The notes beneath the pieces were generated by a model, which searched no databases, was not told the origin of the DNA, and worked only from the letters and a program-made list of their open reading frames with translations. Shown one piece after another: positions 21,754-28,231 of a stretch of 28,231 nucleotides of DNA (positions are counted from its first letter, which is position 1; every line of letters begins with the position of its first letter). Source of the stretch: a virus (taxonomy: Duplodnaviria > Caudoviricetes); the IMG/VR virus record IMGVR_UViG_3300034119_000759, positions 1-28,231 of that record. One strand, written 5' to 3'. A program made the translations under genes and the position numbers.

Positions 21754-22965
21754 ATGGCAAATACTATCATCACTCCCAGCATCATCGCGAAGGTGGGGCT
21801 GGCTCAGTTGGAAAACAATCTCGTGATGGGCAAGAAGGTCTATCGCGACTACTCCCGCGAATTTGTGAAGGTCGGAGACTCGATCAGCGTCCGCCGTCCC
21901 GTCAAGTTCACGGCTCAGGATGGCGCCGTCGCCATCAATCAGGACGTGACGGAAGGCAAGTTCACGCTCAGCATGGACAAGCGCAAGCACGTTTCGTGGT
22001 CTTTCTCGACGCAGGATCTCACCCTGTCCATCGAGGAGTACAACGAGCGGTACATCAAGCCGGCCGCCATCGCTCTGGCGAACCAGATCGATTACGACCT
22101 CACCGGCCTCTATAACCGCGTGTGGAACTGGGTCGGCACGCCAGCCTCGCCGGTCGACTCGTTCGCGGACTTCGCCAAGGCGCCCCGGCGTCTGGATGAA
22201 GGCGCGGTGCCGCAGGACAACCGCTATGCTGTCCTGTCTCCAGCCGACTCCTGGGGCCTCATCGGCTCGCAGACTGGCCTGTTCATGCAGGACGTTGCAC
22301 GCGGCGCCTATCGCCGTGGCGATCTCGGTGAGATCGGCGGCGTCATGACGGCGATGGACCAGAACATCCGCACGCATACCAACGGCGCGGCGGCTGGTGG
22401 TGGCCTCATCAACGGCGCGAACCAGAACGTGACCTATGCCGCGAGCAAGGACACGAACACGCAGACGCTCATCACCGATGACTGGACGGCTTCGACGACC
22501 TTCAAGGCCGGCGACGTGTTCACCATCGCTGACGTTTATGCGGTCAACCCGGTATCAAAGCAGAGCACGGGCGTCCTGCAGCAGTTCGTCATTCAGAACG
22601 ACATCACCGCGACCGGCACGGATTGCACGCTGACGATTGCTCCGGCGATCATCACCAGCGGCCCGTACCAGACCGTCGATAGCGTCCCGGCCGACGGCGC
22701 CGCGATCACGATGGTGGGCACCGGCTCGGCGCAGTACGCGCAGAATCTGGTGTTCCACAAGAACGCCTTCGCCCTCGTGATGGCCGATCTGGAAATGCCG
22801 GACGGTGCGGTGTTCAAGGCTCGCGAAAGCCAGAACGGTTTTAGCATGCGCGTTATCAAGTACTACGACGGCGAAATGGATGAGGACAAGATCAGGCTCG
22901 ATGTGCTTTACGGAGTTAAAGCAATCTATCCGGATTTGGCGACGAGACTGTCCGGAACCACCTGA
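21754..22965 (+). CDS. Major capsid protein (P22 coat-like)
   Basis: MANTIITPSII..LENNLV..KVGDSISVRRP; NLVFHKNAFAL; RLDVLYG. Confidence 0.93.
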   Translation: MANTIITPSIIAKVGLAQLENNLVMGKKVYRDYSREFVKVGDSISVRRPVKFTAQDGAVAINQDVTEGKFTLSMDKRKHVSWSFSTQDLTLSIEEYNERYIKPAAIALANQIDYDLTGLYNRVWNWVGTPASPVDSFADFAKAPRRLDEGAVPQDNRYAVLSPADSWGLIGSQTGLFMQDVARGAYRRGDLGEIGGVMTAMDQNIRTHTNGAAAGGGLINGANQNVTYAASKDTNTQTLITDDWTASTTFKAGDVFTIADVYAVNPVSKQSTGVLQQFVIQNDITATGTDCTLTIAPAIITSGPYQTVDSVPADGAAITMVGTGSAQYAQNLVFHKNAFALVMADLEMPDGAVFKARESQNGFSMRVIKYYDGEMDEDKIRLDVLYGVKAIYPDLATRLSGTT

Positions 22966-22980
22966 TTTTCCTGCATTCTA

Positions 22981-23009
22981 TTGAGGTGAATGGTCATGGC
23001 TAGTATACT
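22981..23009 (+). promoter_or_regulatory. Putative sigma70 promoter upstream of HNH 2
   Basis: TTGAGG (22981-22986), 17 bp, TATACT (23004-23009). Confidence 0.55.
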
Positions 23010-23043
23010 TCCTTGGTCCGAATGGAACAGAGAGGTATCGGCC

Positions 23044-23619
23044 GTGGCCGTTTGCTGCATCAAGGAATGCGAGAAGAAAGTTATGGGCTCCGGGATGTGC
23101 GCCGCGCACTACGCAAGGCTGCGCAAGTACGGGAACCCAGTCGCTGAGAGGCAAGCGCAATTTCATGGCTTGCCTCTTATGGAAAGGCTGATGAAGCGCG
23201 TTGAGAAGGGCGAAACGTGCTGGGTGTGGACGGGCGCAAAGAATCAAACGGGCTACGGCATGATCAATGTCGAGGGCACGCCGCGTCTCGTTCATCGTAT
23301 TGTCTGGCGAGAGTTGTTCGGGGTGATTTCTCCCGATCAGTTTGTCTGCCATCGATGCGACAACCCGGCTTGCGTTAACCCGGCTCATCTCTTCCTTGGT
23401 GATTACCAGATCAACAGCGACGACAAGATCAGCAAGGGCCGCCATCGTTGGGGCCTGTCGCGCGGCGAGAAACACGGCAATGCCCGTCTCTCGCCTGAGA
23501 TTATTCAAGCAATCCGAGCCAGCGCCGAAGACGGCGTTGTTCTGGCCCGGCGTTACAGTGTCAGCACTTCCCACGTCAGCGACATTCGACGCGGCAAAGT
23601 GTGGAAACATCTAAGCTAG
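23044..23619 (+). CDS. HNH homing-type endonuclease 2
   Basis: GAGAGG then GTG 23044; N-terminal C-x4-C..C..HY zinc motif; CWVWTG..GYG..HR..VCHRCDNPACVNPAHL; C-terminal HTH. Confidence 0.9.
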   Translation: MAVCCIKECEKKVMGSGMCAAHYARLRKYGNPVAERQAQFHGLPLMERLMKRVEKGETCWVWTGAKNQTGYGMINVEGTPRLVHRIVWRELFGVISPDQFVCHRCDNPACVNPAHLFLGDYQINSDDKISKGRHRWGLSRGEKHGNARLSPEIIQAIRASAEDGVVLARRYSVSTSHVSDIRRGKVWKHLS

Positions 23620-23629
23620 GAGAATCATC

Positions 23630-23851
23630 ATGGCAGTTCGCGACCTCACCGACGCCCGCACCGATGGCACGACCATGGGGCAGGACGCTACCGACAAGAT
23701 CAGCTTCTACGGCGTGACGACGGTTGTTCAGCCGTCGTCCACGACGCAGGCGGCTGTTACCACTGGCGCCACGACCACGCAGGTCGGCGCGCTGGCGAAC
23801 GAGCTTCGCAGTGCGCTCGTCTCGCTGGGCCTTATTAAAGGCTCAAATTAG
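23630..23851 (+). CDS. Small virion protein, probable head decoration/fibre, Thr-rich
   Basis: SD AGGAG; KISFYG..VVQP and NELRSALVSLGLI; position after coat. Confidence 0.7.
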   Translation: MAVRDLTDARTDGTTMGQDATDKISFYGVTTVVQPSSTTQAAVTTGATTTQVGALANELRSALVSLGLIKGSN

Positions 23852-23852
23852 T

Positions 23853-24527
23853 ATGCGCGTTGAGCCGGCACGGAGCGTGCGTATCGCCGTGCCGGCTTAT
23901 GACGCCTTCACCGATGAAAGCCAGCGGTCGGTTGCCGCTGGCATTCTCGCGCTTGACGCCAAGGGCATCCAGGTCGAGGCCGTCGATGTGCTTCGCGGCT
24001 GCTGTTATGTGGACCTCGCGCGCAACATTTTGACGGGCAATTTCCTCCGGGGAACGGCCACGGACTTCATCTTCATCGACGCCGACGTTGGCTTCGATCC
24101 CGAGAGCCTTGTGCGCTTGTGCGAGGCTACGCGGCCCGTTGTGGCGGGCATCTACCCCAAGAAGGTGGTCCCGCCTGAATGGCCTGTGATGGTCGCCCAT
24201 GAGCAGATTTGGGCCGATAGCGACGGGCTAATAGAGTGCGGCGTCGTGCCGACCGGCTTCCTCCGGATCAACCGCGCGGTTTTCGAGGCGCTCACGGTGC
24301 CCGAGTTCACCAGCCCTGATGGGCAGGTCGGCGCGTACTTCCAGACGGCGGTGCGTGGGAATGTGTTCTGGGGCGAAGACGTGGAGTTCTGCCGTCTCGT
24401 CCGTGAGGCTGGTATTCCCATCATGGCCTTTGCCGAAATGGACTTCCGGCACGTCGCCTCCGATGGCCGTGTCTATGTCGGCAATTGGGGCTTTTGGATG
24501 CGCTCGCAGTTGAAGGAGGCCGCGTGA
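23853..24527 (+). CDS. GT-A fold (GT2-like) glycosyltransferase 1
   Basis: IAVPAY, DLARN, FIFIDAD (DxD), TGFLRINRAVF, GEDVEFC. Confidence 0.85.
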   Translation: MRVEPARSVRIAVPAYDAFTDESQRSVAAGILALDAKGIQVEAVDVLRGCCYVDLARNILTGNFLRGTATDFIFIDADVGFDPESLVRLCEATRPVVAGIYPKKVVPPEWPVMVAHEQIWADSDGLIECGVVPTGFLRINRAVFEALTVPEFTSPDGQVGAYFQTAVRGNVFWGEDVEFCRLVREAGIPIMAFAEMDFRHVASDGRVYVGNWGFWMRSQLKEAA

Positions 24528-25351
24528 AGATCGGCCTCATCATCGGCACGCGAGGCAACCCACGCCGTGCGGCGGCGGTGGTTGAGACAGCGCGCGCCTT
24601 GGCGAGCAACAATCACGACGTGTCCGTCACCGTGTCATGCGACGCCGACGACGCGGCCACGGTCCAGTATTTCCGGGGCTATCCGGGGACTCGCATTATT
24701 GCCGGCCCGCGACCCGCTGGCGTGGCAGAGGTGTGGAACCGCTGCATTCCGGTTGTGGACGCCGATTTCGTCATTGCCCTAGCCGACGACGGTTTCATTG
24801 CTACGCCACTTTGGGACGAGTGCCTCGCCATGCTGGCGACCGAAGGCCGGTTCCCGCGCGAGCTTCTGGCCTTTGCGCTCCACGATACCGCCAACCCCGG
24901 ACAGCCCACGGTGCTGGGCGGCTCGCGGGAATGGATCGACCTCATCGGCGGCAAGATGATCGATGACCGCTTCCCGTTCTGGTTTGCGGATACGGCCTAC
25001 GCTGAGACGTGGTCTTTCGTGACGGGCGAGTATCTGCCCATTCTGCCGATCACCATTGCCAGCAAGCCGGGCCGGTTCAACCCGCGCCTGCGCGACATGG
25101 GCTTCTGGTGGGACTTCTACGTCGCGACGCGCGGCGAACGTGTCCTGCTTGCCGAGCAAATCCGCCGCGACCTTGGAATTACCCTGCCTTTGGGCCGCCT
25201 CCGCGCCATCCTCGATAGTTGGGAAGCGCGCGACAAGCTGGGCCGGCCGGGAGCCATCGAAATTGCAAAGGCTTTGCCAGAGCGTGAGCCGGATGCCGTG
25301 TACCTAAGCGCGTACAGGGCCGCTCGCCATTACATGAGGATCGCCGCATGA
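24524..25351 (+). CDS. GT-A fold (GT2-like) glycosyltransferase 2
   Basis: SD AGGAGG, GTGA overlap; LIIGTRG.P, DADD, VWN, FVIALADD, FWFADT. Confidence 0.7.
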   Translation: MKIGLIIGTRGNPRRAAAVVETARALASNNHDVSVTVSCDADDAATVQYFRGYPGTRIIAGPRPAGVAEVWNRCIPVVDADFVIALADDGFIATPLWDECLAMLATEGRFPRELLAFALHDTANPGQPTVLGGSREWIDLIGGKMIDDRFPFWFADTAYAETWSFVTGEYLPILPITIASKPGRFNPRLRDMGFWWDFYVATRGERVLLAEQIRRDLGITLPLGRLRAILDSWEARDKLGRPGAIEIAKALPEREPDAVYLSAYRAARHYMRIAA

Positions 25352-25704
25352 CAGTTAGCAACGCCATGACAGAGGCGGGCATCGCCACGTATGAGCGCAT
25401 CAACCGGGCGCGCATGAGCCCGCAGGCGATTGTGGCCGCGATATACAACGCAATGGACACGGTGCGGCGCCGCGAGGCCATCAAGGCACCTGGACCGGCT
25501 GCCGTTTACGTCCATCAGGCTTGGCCGTCCTATCGCTACGGGCCGAACGGCGAGAGCCGGGTGTTCATGTGCGCCGATGATGTGCCGGACGGCTGGAGCG
25601 ACACGCCGGACTTCGTGACCGTCGCGCGGGAAATGGGCGCGGAGACGATGGCCGACCTTGCCGAGAAGCGCCGCCCCGGAAGGCCGCGCAAGGAGGCCGC
25701 ATGA
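25348..25704 (+). CDS. Head-region hypothetical protein with C-terminal AT-hook-like motif
   Basis: ATGA overlap; WPSYRY..DGWSDTP; KRRPGRPRK. Confidence 0.7.
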   Translation: MTVSNAMTEAGIATYERINRARMSPQAIVAAIYNAMDTVRRREAIKAPGPAAVYVHQAWPSYRYGPNGESRVFMCADDVPDGWSDTPDFVTVAREMGAETMADLAEKRRPGRPRKEAA

Positions 25705-25871
25705 CCGACACGATGCGCGACAAGACCGAGGCGGAAGAACGCCTCAACGCCATCAAAGACGCCTTGCACGCGGTCCTTGCGCCGACGCGGCCCCTGTACG
25801 AGCCAACCGCCGTTGAGCTTCTGATGGCGCTCAACATGCGCGGCCTGAAGGTGGTGCGAGCCCATGCCTAA
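25701..25871 (+). CDS. Hypothetical protein (56 aa, not in ORF track)
   Basis: SD AGGAGG, ATGA overlap; MTDTMRDKTEAEERLNAIKDAL... Confidence 0.6.
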   Translation: MTDTMRDKTEAEERLNAIKDALHAVLAPTRPLYEPTAVELLMALNMRGLKVVRAHA

Positions 25872-26199
25872 CGTCCAAAACTTTGACATCGTGGCGGGCG
25901 AGACGCGCACGCTTCCCATGTACGCCCGCGACCCCGACAACGCGGTGCAGAGCCTGTCCGGCCTCACGGTACAGTGGCGCGTTGGACAACCGCCGTGGGA
26001 CCCGGCGCGCGAGACGCCGACGCTGACCAAGACCACCACCATTGTCTCGGCTGCGGCGGGCTCGTTCACGGTCGCCCTGACCTATGACGACACATACCAG
26101 CTTGAGGGCGACTTCCTGCACCAGGCGGTCACGTCATCCGGCCTCGTGGTGGTGACGGGGCGCCTTCACGTCCGACAGGGCATCAGGAGCGGATCATGA
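25864..26199 (+). CDS. Beta-rich virion protein (BppU N-terminal/Ig-like)
   Basis: I.AGET..L, GSFTVALT..DT..L.G pattern. Confidence 0.6.
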   Translation: MPNVQNFDIVAGETRTLPMYARDPDNAVQSLSGLTVQWRVGQPPWDPARETPTLTKTTTIVSAAAGSFTVALTYDDTYQLEGDFLHQAVTSSGLVVVTGRLHVRQGIRSGS

Positions 26200-26600
26200 G
26201 CAGCCGAACCGCACGCGACGTGATTACCTACGCCATGCAGGACTTGGGTATTGTGGCGGACCAGGAGGCCATGACCGACACGCAGGGCAATTACGGACTG
26301 CGCAAGTTGAACGACCTTCTGGCGGGCTTTGAAAGCGAGGGCATCCGCTACGCGCACACCGATCTCGCCTCGCTCGATACCGTCGTAAACGTGCCGGATG
26401 GGCAGTTGCGCAATGTCGGCCTGATGCTGCAGCGCGAGCTTGCCGGGACCTACGGCGTAGCCCTGAGCCCGGATGACCAGTTGGCAATCCAGCGCGCCAT
26501 GACGGCCCTGCAAGCCTACTACTACGTGCCAATTACGTCGGCTCCCGAGCTTGCGCTGCGGCCTCGCCGGTTTGGTCGCTTCTCGTTCTCGCAAGGATAA
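26196..26600 (+). CDS. Head-tail adaptor (P22 gp4-like)
   Basis: TARDVITYAMQDLGI..GLRKLNDLLA..ESEG; position before tail hub. Confidence 0.8.
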   Translation: MSSRTARDVITYAMQDLGIVADQEAMTDTQGNYGLRKLNDLLAGFESEGIRYAHTDLASLDTVVNVPDGQLRNVGLMLQRELAGTYGVALSPDDQLAIQRAMTALQAYYYVPITSAPELALRPRRFGRFSFSQG

Positions 26601-26668
26601 TTCATGCAGAGAATTGTCGCAGACTTAGTATTTCATGCAGACTTTTCGCGCAGAAATAAAAAGTCTGC
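26601..26668. repeat. AT-rich intergenic GCAGA repeat cluster with inverted repeat
   Basis: GCAGA at 26606, 26619, 26637, 26650; GCAGACTTTT/AAAAGTCTGC inverted pair 26637-26646/26659-26668. Confidence 0.7.
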
Positions 26669-26689
26669 TGGTAAATTAGGGCAACGCTG

Positions 26690-28111
26690 ATGCGCGGCCC
26701 TCTCGCCCTAGGTTTTGCCCAGCAGCGTTCCCGCCCGGTCAACGCGGCTCGCGTCGTGAACCTGTACGCGGCGTCCACCGCAGAGGGAAGCCGGACCAAG
26801 GTCGTGCTGTACGGCACGCCCGGCCAGAAGGCATGGCGCACCATCGGCGGCGACACGATCCGCGCGGGCCTAGAAGCTCAGAGCATAGCCTACATTCTCA
26901 GCGGCACGATCCTCTATCGCGTGGAATCGGACGGCACCACGACGGCCTGCAGCGGCGATTTAATCCCGCCCACGGGCGAGGCGACGCTAATCAACAACGG
27001 CGGCCAAATTGGCTTGTTGGTGGTTCCTGACTTGTTCGTGATTGTGGGAACGACCGTCACCAAGGTCACGGCGGCGGGCTATCCCAGCGCGGGCCTGTCC
27101 AGCATCGCCTACATCGACGGCTATGCGGTCGGCACCGTCAACGACGACTCCGGGCAGTTCCAGATTTCCGGCTTGTTGGACTTCGCCTCGTGGGATGCGC
27201 TGGACCTTGCCAGTGCCGAGTCGAGCCCGGACGGCCTGCTCCGCGTGCTGGTCGATCATCGCGAGGTGTGGCTGTTCGGCACGCAAACCGTCGAGGTGTG
27301 GGCCAATACCGGCGCGTCGCCTTTTCCCTTCGAGCGCGTGCCGGGCGCCTTGCTGGAGCGTGGATGCGCGGCCCGTCGCAGCCCCGCCAAGATGGACAAC
27401 TCCGTATTCTGGCTGGGCGATGATCGGATTGTGTACCGCGCCGAAGGCTACCAGCCCGCGCGTATCTCGACACACGCCATCGAGGAAGTGCTTCGCGTCG
27501 GCACCGTGTCGGACGCCTACGGGATGACGTATTTCCAGGCTGGACATCACTTCTACGTCCTGACCCTGCCGAGCCTCAACCGGACCTTTGTTTTCGATCC
27601 TGCGGCCTCCGCAGCGGCTGGGGCGCCCATCTGGCATGAGCGGCAGTCGGGCACGTCCATTGAGCCTGCCAAGTGGGACGTGCAGTGCATCTTCAGCGCC
27701 TTCGGCAAGACGCTTGCAGGCTTGCAGGCTGGCAAGGTCGCGGAACTAGACCTCGATACCTACACCGACTTGGGCGAGCCCATCCGGTCCGTGATTGTCG
27801 GCCTGCCATTCTATGCCGAGACGCTGCGGGCAATCATGGTGGACTTCGAGCTTGAGTGCGAGCTGGGCGTCGGCGCGATCTCTGGGCAGGGGGCCGACCC
27901 CGAGGTCATGATGCGCTACAGCGACGACGGCGGCTTCAGTTGGAGCCACGAACGGCGCGCGAGCCTTGGCCGGCAGGGTGTCCGCTATATTCGCGCCATG
28001 TGGGACCGGCTCGGCGCCTTCCGGCAGCGGACGGTTGAGATTTCCATATCAGACCCGGTCAAGCGTGCATTCTACGGGATGCGGACCAAGATCAAGCCGT
28101 TGCCACGATGA
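26690..28111 (+). CDS. Tail hub/nozzle protein (P22 gp10-like)
   Basis: 473 aa; VNLY..LYGTPG, AESSPD, EVW.NTG, RISTHAIE, SDDGG..W..LG..G..W.RLG..R. Confidence 0.9.
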   Translation: MRGPLALGFAQQRSRPVNAARVVNLYAASTAEGSRTKVVLYGTPGQKAWRTIGGDTIRAGLEAQSIAYILSGTILYRVESDGTTTACSGDLIPPTGEATLINNGGQIGLLVVPDLFVIVGTTVTKVTAAGYPSAGLSSIAYIDGYAVGTVNDDSGQFQISGLLDFASWDALDLASAESSPDGLLRVLVDHREVWLFGTQTVEVWANTGASPFPFERVPGALLERGCAARRSPAKMDNSVFWLGDDRIVYRAEGYQPARISTHAIEEVLRVGTVSDAYGMTYFQAGHHFYVLTLPSLNRTFVFDPAASAAAGAPIWHERQSGTSIEPAKWDVQCIFSAFGKTLAGLQAGKVAELDLDTYTDLGEPIRSVIVGLPFYAETLRAIMVDFELECELGVGAISGQGADPEVMMRYSDDGGFSWSHERRASLGRQGVRYIRAMWDRLGAFRQRTVEISISDPVKRAFYGMRTKIKPLPR

Positions 28112-28231
28112 CCGCGCCATTCAATTCCAAAACCCGCATCGTCAACCAGGACGGCACGCCTAGCCAATGGCTGATTGCCTATCTGCAGTTGATCGGAACC
28201 GGCGTCGTCAAGCGCACGACCTACACCTACG
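28108..28231 (+). CDS. Partial tail protein (position of P22 gp26 needle), truncated by window end
   Basis: ATGA overlap; MTAPFNSKTRIVNQDGTPSQWLIAYLQLIG... Confidence 0.55.
   Translation, partial: MTAPFNSKTRIVNQDGTPSQWLIAYLQLIGTGVVKRTTYTY

Larger units (their letters stand above)
1..28231. mobile_element. Segment of a P22-like podovirus-type phage/prophage with a lambdoid immunity switch; host probably an alphaproteobacterium
   Basis: Continuous phage gene content (lysis, recombination, cI/cro, replication, terminase, portal, scaffold, coat, gp4/gp10-like tail genes); dense ATGA/TGATG gene overlaps; no host housekeeping genes. Confidence 0.97.

Noticed and set aside
23853-25351. GTs as O-antigen conversion (gtrABC) or DNA glucosylation genes
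   Set aside because: No membrane flippase/transferase partners, no hydroxymethylase in window, and location is within the head operon; not fully excluded without experiment
2821-25704. Recurrent gene ends in ...AA-stop (GCCGCATGA / GGAGGCCGCATGA)
   Set aside because: Explained by SD plus ATGA overlap coupling; not a distinct repeat family
26601-26668. CRISPR mini-array or intrinsic terminator
   Set aside because: Repeats are short and degenerate without unique spacers; hairpin lacks a following U-tract on the coding strand

Overview
The whole window is part of a GC-rich, P22-like (short-tailed) phage genome, most likely infecting an alphaproteobacterium (inferred from GapR-like, GcrA-like and DnaA-domain-IV-like genes). 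Gene order: end of the late operon (endolysin, Rz/Rz1 spanins, secreted Cys-rich protein, HTH-metallophosphoesterase); a converging leftward early operon (HNH, NinB-like, ERF recombinase, small ORFs, C5 methyltransferase); a lambdoid cI/cro switch with four 15-bp operators; a rightward operon (DnaA-CTD-like, HNH, GapR-like, VRR-NUC, SNF2 helicase, amino-MTase, DUF1376 initiator, GcrA-like HTH); then terminases, portal, scaffold, capsid, head-tail and tail genes. Most notable: two glycosyltransferases inside the head operon (candidate virion glycosylation); a C5 MTase split over two nested reading frames and flanked by direct repeats; an XRE/sigma70-region-4 protein between portal and scaffold; several stand-alone mimics of host regulators; a putative promoter-bearing ~80-nt structured antisense RNA between lysin and spanin genes; and no integrase where one is expected. 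All product calls come from recognising motifs by eye; no database search was run.
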